Below, in pieces: positions 1 to 11,547 of a stretch of 25,499 bases of DNA. This stretch comes from a virus (Duplodnaviria > Heunggongvirae > Uroviricota > Caudoviricetes): IMG/VR virus record IMGVR_UViG_2734482552_000002. One strand, written 5' to 3'. Below the pieces are notes generated by a model. That model was not told the DNA's origin, did no database searches, and was given only the letters and a program-made list of their open reading frames with translations. Position 1 is the first letter of the stretch. Each line of letters opens with the position of its first letter. The position numbers and the translations under genes are program-made.

Positions 1-2
1 GG

Positions 3-212
3 TTATCGCTCGCCACGGGAATATCTGCGGCAGCGGGCTTGTAATGGGTTAAGTGATAACAGATGTCTGGAAATATAGGGGCAAATCCAATCGTCGCCGT
101 ATTCCCGTATTAACAGAGACCGTAGCCCGACGGGGAACTCCTTCTGCGCGAGTGTGCGGGAATAATCAAAAACGATGCACACCGGGGTTACCGGGTACAC
201 ATATTTCATCAT
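3..212 (-). CDS. hypothetical small protein (69 aa), weakly supported
   Basis: Complete ORF from the track (MMKYVYPV...), start codons at 210-212/207-209, stop at 3-5. Same orientation as and 45 nt downstream of the 258-668 gene. No clear Shine-Dalgarno; product not recognised. Confidence 0.2.
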   Translation of the reverse strand: MMKYVYPVTPVCIVFDYSRTLAQKEFPVGLRSLLIREYGDDWICPYISRHLLSLNPLQARCRRYSRGER

Positions 213-257
213 GCCAGCGAGTCCGGTTCTGGCACGGAAGAAACCGGACGTTATGAT

Positions 258-668
258 TTAGTGCGGAAATATTTGTGTAGTGTTCTGTATGTTCTCAGTA
301 AAGAGTAATGAATTATCAAAGGTATAGTAATACCTTTTGTTTTCGTGGATATTTGTAATCCATCTGAAAACCCCTGCTGTAGCAAGATTTTTCCTGTATT
401 CGTAAAATGATAACTCTCCTGATTTGAATCCTTTTAAGGTGGCTTCTATAAGGCATTTATTTTTTGAAAATCTTACATTTACAACCTTACCCTGTCCTTT
501 TATTAAAACCGTATTATCGTTTTCAAGAACAAGATGAATATTCTCTGTGGCTAAATAGTAAATGTAATGTGAGACATTGTGACGTTTTAGTTCAGAATAA
601 AACCAGTGATAGTTTAAATTATTTCGCACTTTATCGAATATTTGTTTAAAAATGGCAACCTGAGCCAT
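258..668 (-). CDS. hypothetical protein, AT-rich moron gene (136 aa from second ATG; 141 aa if ATG at 683 is used)
   Basis: ORF-track ORF 258..683. The internal ATG at 668 is preceded on the coding strand by GGAAGG about 8 nt upstream, so it is the more likely start. Visibly AT-rich (roughly 30% GC by eye) against a roughly 50-57% GC background. Product rich in N/K/Y/F; I do not recognise a family. Confidence 0.5.
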   Translation of the reverse strand: MAQVAIFKQIFDKVRNNLNYHWFYSELKRHNVSHYIYYLATENIHLVLENDNTVLIKGQGKVVNVRFSKNKCLIEATLKGFKSGELSFYEYRKNLATAGVFRWITNIHENKRYYYTFDNSLLFTENIQNTTQIFPH

Positions 669-725
669 TGTAGTACCTTCCATGTGATATGAGGGGGCGT
701 AGTCTGCACGATTATCTAAATTGCT

Positions 726-959
726 TCAATCTGGTCTAACCTGTTTTCTGAGCAATTCAGTAATGTCACTCTTTTCTTTGTTTGCTTCAGGCGAAACTCT
801 TTTTTCTGAGCACAGTCTCCGGCGGCAGGCTTCAATGACCCAGGCTGAGAAATTCCCGGACCCTTTTTGAACAAGAGCGATGTTAATTTGTTCAATCATT
901 TGGTTAGGAAAGCGGATGTTGCGGGTTGTTGTTCTGCGGGTTCTGTTCTTCGTTGACAT
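726..959 (-). CDS. small basic DNA-binding protein, ribbon-helix-helix (Arc/CopG/MetJ-like) fold predicted
   Basis: 77-aa ORF MSTKNRTRRTTTRNIRFPNQMIEQINIALVQKGSGNFSAWVIEACRRRL... The pattern is a basic N-terminus, a short beta-strand (RNIRF), helix A (PNQMIEQINIAL), a G-x-G/N turn and helix B, which is typical of RHH repressors and antitoxins. Sits 57 nt upstream of the 258-668 gene on the same strand. Confidence 0.5.
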   Translation of the reverse strand: MSTKNRTRRTTTRNIRFPNQMIEQINIALVQKGSGNFSAWVIEACRRRLCSEKRVSPEANKEKSDITELLRKQVRPD

Positions 960-1158
960 GAGGTTGCCCTGTATTCAGTGTCGCTGATTTGTATTGTCTG
1001 AAGTTGTTTTTACGTTAAGTTGATGCAGATCAATTAATACGATACCTGCGTCATAATTGATTATTTGACGTGGTTTGATGGCGTAGATGCACGTTGTGAC
1101 ATGTAGATGATAATTATTATCATTTTGCGGGTCCTTTCCGGCGATCCGACAGGTTACG

Positions 1159-1170
1159 GGGCGGAAGGCG
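1159..1170. promoter_or_regulatory. cosN: cosN 12-nt cohesive-end segment (GGGCGGAAGGCG)
   Basis: Positional alignment to lambda: the 12 nt following ...CAGGTTACG and preceding CGCGGGTTTTCGC. The lambda overhang I recall is GGGCGGCGACCT; here positions 7-12 read AAGGCG. Confidence 0.6.
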
Positions 1171-1266
1171 CGCGGGTTTTCGCTATTTATGACAATTTTC
1201 CGGTTTAAGGCGTTTCCGTTCTTCTTCGCCGTAACCTAATGTTTTTATTTAAAACACCCCCTGAAA

Positions 1267-1323
1267 AGAAAGGAAACGACAGGTGCTGAAAACGGGCTTT
1301 TTGGCCTCTGTCGTTTCCTTTCT
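1267..1323. repeat. cosB: cosB inverted repeat (Nu1-binding R-element pair)
   Basis: Perfect 16-bp inverted repeat AGAAAGGAAACGACAG (1267-1282) / CTGTCGTTTCCTTTCT (1308-1323) between cosN and the nu1 start, as for the lambda R3/R2 elements. Confidence 0.7.
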
Positions 1324-1347
1324 CTGTTTTTGTCCGTGGAATGAACA

Positions 1348-1867
1348 ATGGAAGTCAACAAAAAGCAGCTGGCTGACATTTTCGGTGCGAGTATCCGTAC
1401 CATTCAGAACTGGCAGGAACAGGGAATGCCCGTTCTGCGAGGCGGTGGCAAGGGTAATGAGGTGCTTTATGACTCTGCCGCCGTTATAAGATGGTATGCC
1501 GAAAGGGATGCTGAAATTGAGAACGAAAAGCTGCGCCGGGAAGTTGAAGAACTGCGGCAGGCCAGCGAGACAGATCTCCAGCCAGGGACTATTGAGTACG
1601 AACGCCATCGACTTACGCGTGCGCAGGCCGACGCACAGGAGCTGAAAAATGCCAGAGACTCCGCTGAAGTGGTGGAAACCGCATTCTGTACTTTCGTGCT
1701 GTCGCGGATCGCAGGTGAAATTGCCAGTATTCTCGACGGGATCCCCCTGTCGGTGCAGCGGCGTTTTCCGGAACTGGAAAACCGACATGTTGATTTCCTG
1801 AAACGGGATATCATCAAAGCCATGAACAAAGCAGCCGCGCTGGATGAACTGATACCGGGGTTGCTGA

Positions 1868-1893
<26 letters not shown>
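1348..1893 (+). CDS. nu1: terminase small subunit Nu1
   Basis: 181 aa, MEVNKKQLADIFGASIRTIQNWQEQGMPVLRGGGKGNEV...; recognised as lambda gpNu1 (winged-HTH N-terminus). Overlaps A by 26 nt as in lambda. Confidence 0.95.
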
Positions 1894-5574
<3,681 letters not shown>

Positions 5575-5594
<20 letters not shown>

Positions 5595-6894
5595 TCTCCC
5601 GCATATTGCCAGCATGGCTTTTAATGAGCCGCTGATGCTTGAACCCGCCTATGCGCGGGTTTTCTTTTGTGCGCTTGCAGGCCAGCTTGGGATCAGCTGC
5701 CTGACGGATGCAGTATCCGGCGACAGCCTGACTGCCGGAGAGGCACCCGCGGCGCTGGCGTTATCCGGTGATGATGACGGACCACGACAGGCCCGCAGTT
5801 ATCAGGTAATGAACGGCATCGCCGTGCTGCCGGTGTCCGGCACGCTGGTCAGCCGGACGCGGGCGCTGCAGCCGTACTCGGGGATGACCGGTTACAACGG
5901 CATTATCGCCCGTCTGCAACAGGCTGCCAGCGACCCGATGGTGGACGGCATTCTGCTCGATATGGACACACCGGGCGGAATGGTGGCGGGAGCATTTGAC
6001 TGCGCTGACATCATCGCCCGTGTGCGTGACATAAAGCCGGTATGGGCGCTGGCCAATGACATGAACTGCAGCGCAGGTCAGCTGCTTGCCAGTGCCGCCT
6101 CCCGGCGTCTGGTCACGCAGACCGCCCGGACAGGCTCCATCGGCGTCATGATGGCTCACAGTAATTACGGCGCTGCACTGGAGAAACAGGGCGTGGAAAT
6201 CACGCTGATTTACAGCGGCAGCCATAAGGTGGATGGCAACCCCTACAGCCATCTACCGGATGATGTCCGGGAAACATTGCAGTCCCGGATGGATGCAACC
6301 CGCCGGATGTTTGCACAGAAGGTGTCGGCATATACCGGCCTGTCCGTGCAGGCTGTGCTGGATACCGAGGCTGCAGTGTACAGCGGTCAGGAGGCCATTG
6401 ATGCCGGACTGGCTGATGAACTTGTTAACAGTACCGATGCGATCACCGTCATGCGTGATGCACTGGATGCACGTAAATCCCGTCTCTCAGGAGGGCGAAT
6501 GACCAAAGAGACTCAATCAACAACTGTTTCAGCCACTGCTTCGCAGGCTGACGTTACTGGCGTGGTGCAAGCGACGGAGGGCGAGAACGCCAGCGCGGCG
6601 CAGCCGGACGTGAACGCGCAGATCACCGCAGCGGTTGCGGCAGAAAACAGTCGCATTATGGGGATCCTCAACTGTGAGGAGGCTCACGGACGCGAAGAAC
6701 AGGCACGCGTGCTGGCCGAAACCCCCGGTATGACCGTGGAAACGGCCCGCCGTATTCTGGCCGCAGCACCACAGAGTGCACAGACGCGCAGTGACACTGC
6801 GCTGGATCGTCTGATGCAGGGGGCACCGGCACCGCTGGCTGCAGGTAACCCGGCATCTGATGCCGTTAACGATTTGCTGAACACACCAGTGTAA
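5575..6894 (+). CDS. C: prohead protease / capsid assembly protein gpC
   Basis: GTG start at 5575 (VTAELRNLPHIASMAFNEPLMLEPAYARVFF...), 20-nt overlap with B as in lambda, 439 codons. The ORF-track start at 5440 is an upstream in-frame extension overlapping B. Confidence 0.9.
6289..6894 (+). CDS. nu3: scaffolding protein Nu3 (in-frame internal start within C)
   Basis: In-frame ATG at 6289 (MDATRRMFAQKVSAYTG...) giving a 201-codon product co-terminal with C, the known lambda C/Nu3 nested arrangement. Confidence 0.75.
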   Translation: MDATRRMFAQKVSAYTGLSVQAVLDTEAAVYSGQEAIDAGLADELVNSTDAITVMRDALDARKSRLSGGRMTKETQSTTVSATASQADVTGVVQATEGENASAAQPDVNAQITAAVAAENSRIMGILNCEEAHGREEQARVLAETPGMTVETARRILAAAPQSAQTRSDTALDRLMQGAPAPLAAGNPASDAVNDLLNTPV

Positions 6895-6903
6895 GGGATG
6901 TTT

Positions 6904-7236
6904 ATGACGAGCAAAGAAACCTTTACCCATTACCAGCCGCTGGGCAATAGTGACCCGGCTCATACCGCAACCGCGCCCGGCGGATTGAGTGCGAAAGCGC
7001 CTGCAATGACCCCGCTGATGCTGGACACCTCCACCCGTAAGCTGGTTGCGTGGGATGGCACCACCGACGGTGCTGCCGTTGGCATTCTTGCGGTTGCTGC
7101 TGACCAGACCAGCACCACACTGACGTTCTACAAGTCCGGCACGTTCCGTTATGAGGATGTGCTCTGGCCGGAGGCTGCCAGCGACGAGACGAAAAAACGG
7201 ACCGTGTTTGCCGGAACGGCAATCAGCATCGTTTAA
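6904..7236 (+). CDS. D: head decoration protein gpD
   Basis: 110 aa, [27 protein letters not shown]...; AAGGGA Shine-Dalgarno 5 nt upstream of ATG 6904; matches lambda gpD. Confidence 0.95.
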   Translation: MTSKETFTHYQPLGNSDPAHTATAPGGLSAKAPAMTPLMLDTSTRKLVAWDGTTDGAAVGILAVAADQTSTTLTFYKSGTFRYEDVLWPEAASDETKKRTVFAGTAISIV

Positions 7237-7291
7237 CTTTACCCTTCATCACTAAAGGCCGCCTGTGTGGCTTTTTTTACGGGATTTTTTT

Positions 7292-8317
7292 ATGTCGATG
7301 TACACAACCGCCCAGCTGCTGGCGGCAAATGAGCAGAAATTTAAGTTTGATCCGCTGTTTCTGCGTCTCTTTTTCCGTGAGAGCTATCCCTTCACTACGG
7401 AGAAAGTCTATCTCTCACAAATTCCGGGACTGGTAAACATGGCGCTGTACGTTTCGCCGATTGTTTCCGGTGAGGTTATCCGTTCCCGTGGCGGCTCCAC
7501 CTCTGAATTTACGCCGGGATATGTCAAACCCAAGCATGAGGTGAATCCGCAGATGACCCTGCGTCGCCTGCCGGATGAAGATCCGCAGAATCTGGCGGAC
7601 CCGGCTTACCGCCGCCGTCGCATCATCATGCAGAACATGCGTGACGAAGAGCTGGCCATTGCTCAGGTCGAAGAGATGCAGGCAGTTTCTGCCGTGCTCA
7701 AGGGCAAATACACCATGACCGGTGAAGCCTTCGATCCGGTTGAGGTGGATATGGGCCGCAGTGCGGCGAACAACATCACACAGTCCGGCGTCACGGAGTG
7801 GAGCAAGCGTGACAAGTCCACGTATGACCCGACCGACGATATCGAAGCCTACGCGCTGAACGCCAGCGGTGTGGTGAATATCATCGTGTTTGACCCGAAA
7901 GGCTGGGCGCTGTTCCGTTCCTTCAAAGCCGTCAAGGAGAAGCTGGATACCCGTCGCGGCTCTCATTCCGAGCTGGAGACAGCGGTAAAAGACCTGGGCA
8001 AAGCGGTGTCCTATAAGGGAATGTATGGCGATGTGGCCATCGTCGTGTATTCCGGACAGTACGTGGAAAACGGCGTCAAAAAGAACTTCCTGCCGGACAA
8101 CACGATGGTGCTGGGGAACACTCAGGCTCGCGGTCTGCGCACCTATGGCTGCATTCAGGATGCGGACGCACAGCGCGAAGGCATTAACGCTTCTGCCCGT
8201 TACCCGAAAAACTGGGTGACCACCGGCGATCCGGCGCGTGAGTTCACCATGATTCAGTCAGCACCGCTGATGCTGCTGGCTGATCCTGATGAGTTCGTGT
8301 CCGTTCAACTGGCGTAA
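7292..8317 (+). CDS. E: major capsid protein gpE
   Basis: 341 aa from ATG 7292 (MSMYTTAQLLAANEQKFKFDPLFLRLFF...); matches lambda gpE in sequence and length. Confidence 0.95.
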   Translation: MSMYTTAQLLAANEQKFKFDPLFLRLFFRESYPFTTEKVYLSQIPGLVNMALYVSPIVSGEVIRSRGGSTSEFTPGYVKPKHEVNPQMTLRRLPDEDPQNLADPAYRRRRIIMQNMRDEELAIAQVEEMQAVSAVLKGKYTMTGEAFDPVEVDMGRSAANNITQSGVTEWSKRDKSTYDPTDDIEAYALNASGVVNIIVFDPKGWALFRSFKAVKEKLDTRRGSHSELETAVKDLGKAVSYKGMYGDVAIVVYSGQYVENGVKKNFLPDNTMVLGNTQARGLRTYGCIQDADAQREGINASARYPKNWVTTGDPAREFTMIQSAPLMLLADPDEFVSVQLA

Positions 8318-8319
8318 TC

Positions 8320-8341
8320 ATGGCCCTTCGGGGCCATTTTC
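8320..8341 (+). terminator. possible attenuator hairpin between E and FI
   Basis: Perfect 7-bp stem ATGGCCC-TTCG-GGGCCAT (8320-8337) followed by TTTTCTCTCT, directly after the E stop. Weak as a terminator. Confidence 0.3.
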
Positions 8342-8358
8342 TCTCTGTGGAGGAGTTC

Positions 8359-8757
8359 ATGACGAAAGATGAACTGATTGCCCGTCTTCAGGAGCTGGGT
8401 GAGCAATTGAACCGCGATGTCAGTTTGACGGGAACGAAAGAAGAACTGGCGCTTCGTGTGGCAGAGCTGGAAGAAGAGCTTGATGACACGGATGAAACTG
8501 CCGGTCAGGACACCCCTCTCAGCCGGGAAAATGTGCTGACCGGGCATGAAAATGAGGTGGTATCAGCGCAGCCGGATACCGTGATTCAGGATACGGCTGA
8601 ACTGGTCACGGTCGTGGCACTGGTGACGCTGCATACTGATGCACTTCACGCCACGCGGGATAAACCTGTGGCATTTGTGCTGCCGGGAACGGCGTTTCGT
8701 GTCTCTGCCGGTGTGGCAGCCGAAATGACAGAGCGCGGCCTGGCCAGAATGCAATAA
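8359..8757 (+). CDS. FI: DNA packaging accessory protein gpFI
   Basis: 132 aa from ATG 8359, GGAGG 4-5 nt upstream; MTKDELIARLQELGEQLNRDVSLTGTKEELALRVAELEEELDD...; matches lambda gpFI. Confidence 0.9.
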   Translation: MTKDELIARLQELGEQLNRDVSLTGTKEELALRVAELEEELDDTDETAGQDTPLSRENVLTGHENEVVSAQPDTVIQDTAELVTVVALVTLHTDALHATRDKPVAFVLPGTAFRVSAGVAAEMTERGLARMQ

Positions 8758-8768
8758 CGGGAGGCGCT

Positions 8769-9122
8769 GTGGCTGATTTCGATAACCTGTTCGATGCTGC
8801 CATTGCCCGCGCCGATGAAACGATACGCGGGTACATGGGAACGTCAGCCACCATGACATCCGGTGAGCAGTCAGGTGCGGTGATACGTGGTGTTTTTGAT
8901 GACCCTGAAAATATCAGCTATGCCGGACAGGGCGTGCGCGTTGAAGGCTCCAGCCCGTCCCTGTTTGTCCGGACTGATGAGGTGCGGCAGCTGCGGCGTG
9001 GAGACACGCTGACCATCGGTGAGGAAAATTTCTGGGTAGATCGGGTTTCGCCGGATGATGGCGGAAGTTGTCATCTCTGGCTTGGACGGGGCGTACCGCC
9101 TGCCGTTAACCGTCGCCGCTGA
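8769..9122 (+). CDS. FII: head completion (head-tail joining) protein gpFII
   Basis: 117 aa, GTG start per ORF track, MADFDNLFDAAIARADETIRGYMG...; matches lambda gpFII. Confidence 0.9.
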   Translation: MADFDNLFDAAIARADETIRGYMGTSATMTSGEQSGAVIRGVFDDPENISYAGQGVRVEGSSPSLFVRTDEVRQLRRGDTLTIGEENFWVDRVSPDDGGSCHLWLGRGVPPAVNRRR

Positions 9123-9133
9123 AAGGGGGATGT

Positions 9134-9553
9134 ATGGCCATAAAAGGTCTTGAGCAGGCCGTTGAAAACCTCAGCCGTATCAGCAAAACGGCGGTGCCCG
9201 GTGCCGCCGCAATGGCCATTAACCGCGTTGCTTCATCCGCGATATCGCAGTCTGCGTCACAGGTTGCCCGTGAGACAAAGGTACGCCGGAAACTGGTAAA
9301 GGAAAGGGCCAGGCTGAAAAGGGCCACGGTCAAAAATCCGCAGGCCAGAATCAAAGTTAACCGGGGGGATTTGCCCGTAATCAAGCTGGGTAATGCGCGG
9401 GTTGTCCTGTCCCGCCGCAGGCGTCANNNNNNNNNNNNNNNNNNNNNNNNNNNNNNNNNNNNNNNNNNNNNNNNNNNNNNNNNNNNNNNNNNNNNNNNNN
9501 NNNNNNNGGGCTATGCGCTGCAGCATCAACTGAGAATGGTAATAAAGCGATGA
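9134..9553 (+). CDS. Z: tail completion protein gpZ (interrupted by N-run, incomplete)
   Basis: MAIKGLEQAVENLSRISKTAVPGAAAMAINRV... and C-terminus ...[14 protein letters not shown] match lambda gpZ; the middle is replaced by 81 N. Lambda Z is 192 aa as I recall, so the N-run likely under-represents the missing sequence. Confidence 0.85.
   Translation: MAIKGLEQAVENLSRISKTAVPGAAAMAINRVASSAISQSASQVARETKVRRKLVKERARLKRATVKNPQARIKVNRGDLPVIKLGNARVVLSRRRRXXXXXXXXXXXXXXXXXXXXXXXXXXXXGYALQHQLRMVIKR
9427..9507. other. N-run (81 nt), assembly gap or masked sequence inside Z
   Basis: Literal n characters in the sequence. Confidence 1.
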
Positions 9554-9945
9554 AACATACTGAACTCCGTGCAGCCGTACTGGATGCACTGGAGAAGCAT
9601 GACACCGGGGCGACGCTTTTTGATGGTCGCCCCGCTGTTTTTGATGAGGAAGATTTTCCGGCAATTGCCGTTTATCTCACCGGCGCTGAATACACGGGCG
9701 AAGAGCTGGACAGCGATACCTGGCAGGCGGAGCTGCATATTGAAGTTTTCCTGCCTGCTCAGGTGCCGGATTCAGAGCTGGATTCGTGGATGGAGTCCCG
9801 GATTTATCCTGTGATGAGCGATATCCCGGCACTGTCAGATTTGATCACCAGTATGGTGGCCAGCGGCTATGACTACCGGCGCGACGATGATGCGGGCCTG
9901 TGGAGTTCAGCCGATCTGACTTATGTCATTATCTATGAAATGTGA
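9550..9945 (+). CDS. U: tail terminator protein gpU
   Basis: 131 aa, [38 protein letters not shown]...; matches lambda gpU; ATGA overlap with Z. Confidence 0.95.
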   Translation: MKHTELRAAVLDALEKHDTGATLFDGRPAVFDEEDFPAIAVYLTGAEYTGEELDSDTWQAELHIEVFLPAQVPDSELDSWMESRIYPVMSDIPALSDLITSMVASGYDYRRDDDAGLWSSADLTYVIIYEM

Positions 9946-9952
9946 GGACGCT

Positions 9953-10693
9953 ATGCCTGTACCAAATCCTACAATGCCGGTGAAAGGTGCCGGGACCACC
10001 CTGTGGGTTTATAAGGGGAGCGGTGACCCTTATGCGAACCCGCTTTCAGACGTTGACTGGTCGCGTCTGGCAAAAGTTAAAGACCTGACGCCCGGCGAAC
10101 TGACCGCTGAGTCCTATGACGACAGCTATCTCGATGATGAAGATGCAGACTGGACTGCGACCGGGCAGGGGCAGAAATCTGCCGGAGATACCAGCTTCAC
10201 GCTGGCGTGGATGCCCGGAGAGCAGGGGCAGCAGGCGCTGCTGGCGTGGTTTAATGAAGGTGATACCCGTGCCTATAAAATCCGCTTCCCGAACGGCACG
10301 GTCGATGTGTTCCGTGGCTGGGTCAGCAGTATCGGTAAGGCGGTGACGGCGAAGGAGGTGATTACCCGCACGGTGAAGGTCACCAATGTGGGACGTCCGT
10401 CGATGGCAGAAGATCGCAGCACGGTGACGGCGACGACCGGCATGACGGTGACACCCGCCAGTGCTTCCGTAGTGAAAGGGCAGAGCACCACGCTGACCGT
10501 GGCATTCCAGCCGGATGGCGCAACCGACAAGAGCTTCCGTGCGGTGTCTGCGGATAAAACAAAAGCCACCGTGTCGGTCAGTGGTATGACCATCACCGTG
10601 AAAGGTGTTGCTGCAGGCAAGGTCAACATTCCGGTCGTATCTGGTAATGGTGAGTTTGCTGCGGTTGCAGAAATCAACGTCACCGCCAGTTAA
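9953..10693 (+). CDS. V: major tail tube protein gpV
   Basis: 246 aa from ATG 9953 ([31 protein letters not shown]...); matches lambda gpV including the C-terminal Ig-like domain. Confidence 0.95.
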   Translation: MPVPNPTMPVKGAGTTLWVYKGSGDPYANPLSDVDWSRLAKVKDLTPGELTAESYDDSYLDDEDADWTATGQGQKSAGDTSFTLAWMPGEQGQQALLAWFNEGDTRAYKIRFPNGTVDVFRGWVSSIGKAVTAKEVITRTVKVTNVGRPSMAEDRSTVTATTGMTVTPASASVVKGQSTTLTVAFQPDGATDKSFRAVSADKTKATVSVSGMTITVKGVAAGKVNIPVVSGNGEFAAVAEINVTAS

Positions 10694-10708
10694 TCCGGAG
10701 AGTCAGCG

Positions 10709-11131
10709 ATGTTCCTGAAAACCGAATCATTTGAACATAACGGTGTGACCGTCACGCTTTCTGAACTGTCAGCCCTGCAGCGTATTGAGCATCTCGACCT
10801 GATGAAACGGCAGGCAGAACAGGCGGAGTCAGACAGCAACCGGAAGTTTACTGTGGAAGACGCCATCAGAACCGGCGCTTTTGTGGTTGCGATGTCCCTG
10901 TGGCATAACCATCCGAAGAAGACGCAGATGCCGTCCATGAATGAAGCCGTTAAACAGATTGAGCAGGAAGTGCTTACCACCTGGCCCACAGAGGCAATTT
11001 CTCATGCTGAAAACGTGGTGTACCGGCTGTCCGGTATGTATGAGTTTGTGGTGAATGATGCTCCTGAACAGGCAGAGGACGCCGGGCCTGCAGAGCCTGT
11101 TTCTGCGGGAAAGTGTTCGACGGTGAGCTGA
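10709..11131 (+). CDS. G: tail assembly chaperone gpG
   Basis: 140 aa, MFLKTESFEHNGVTVTLSELSALQRIEHLDLMKRQAEQ...; matches lambda gpG. Confidence 0.95.
   Translation: MFLKTESFEHNGVTVTLSELSALQRIEHLDLMKRQAEQAESDSNRKFTVEDAIRTGAFVVAMSLWHNHPKKTQMPSMNEAVKQIEQEVLTTWPTEAISHAENVVYRLSGMYEFVVNDAPEQAEDAGPAEPVSAGKCSTVS
11107..11113 (+). promoter_or_regulatory. programmed -1 ribosomal frameshift slippery heptamer GGGAAAG (G to G-T fusion)
   Basis: GGGAAAG in the G frame (G-GGA-AAG), 6 codons before the G stop; the -1 frame continues as the T ORF. This is the conserved lambda G/T frameshift. Confidence 0.85.
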
Positions 11132-11547
11132 GTTTTGCCCTGAAACTGGCGCGTGAGATGGGGCGACCCGACTGGCGCGCCATGCTTGCCGGGATGTCAT
11201 CCACGGAGTATGCCGACTGGCACCGCTTTTACAGTACCCATTATTTTCATGATGTTCTGCTGGATATGCACTTTTCCGGGCTGACGTACACCGTGCTCAG
11301 CCTGTTTTTCAGCGATCCGGAGATGCATCCGCTGGATTTCAGTCTGCTGAACCGGCGCGAGGCTGACGAAGAGCCTGAAGATGATGTGCTGATGCAGAAA
11401 GCGGCAGGGCTTGCCGGAGGTGTCCGCTTTGGCCCGGACGGGAATGAAGTTATCCCCGCTTCCCCGGATGTGGCGGACATGACGGAGGATGACGTAATGC
11501 TGATGACAGTATCAGAAGGGATCGCAGGAGGAGTCCGGTATGGCTGA
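11113..11547 (+). CDS. T: gpT portion of the G-T frameshift fusion tail assembly chaperone
   Basis: -1 frame ORF ...FDGELSFALKLAREMGRPDWRAMLAGMSSTEYADWHRFY...; matches lambda gpT. Expressed only as a G-T fusion (10709..11547 with frameshift at 11107-11113). Confidence 0.9.
   Translation: MFDGELSFALKLAREMGRPDWRAMLAGMSSTEYADWHRFYSTHYFHDVLLDMHFSGLTYTVLSLFFSDPEMHPLDFSLLNRREADEEPEDDVLMQKAAGLAGGVRFGPDGNEVIPASPDVADMTEDDVMLMTVSEGIAGGVRYG

Larger units (their letters stand above)
1100..1347. promoter_or_regulatory. cos: cos region (cosQ - cosN - cosB) of a lambda-like phage
   Basis: Sequence ...GATCCGACAGGTTACG / GGGCGG...CGCGGGTTTTCGCTATTTATGA...GGTTTAAGGCGTTTCCGTTCTTCTTCG... matches the lambda genome termini as I recall them, placed immediately upstream of nu1. 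Confidence 0.85.

Noticed and set aside
53-256. 67-aa Arg-rich plus-strand ORF at the left edge
   Set aside because: No ribosome-binding site; unusual Arg-rich composition; overlaps the 3-212 minus ORF; probably spurious.
464-649. 61-aa plus-strand ORF inside the AT-rich gene
   Set aside because: Antisense to the better-supported 258-668 minus-strand gene, which has a Shine-Dalgarno-like motif and is longer.
7237-7291. Possible terminator between D and E (AAAGGCCGCCTGTGTGGCTTTTTTT)
   Set aside because: Only a 3-4-bp imperfect stem can be drawn; not convincing as a hairpin despite the T-run.
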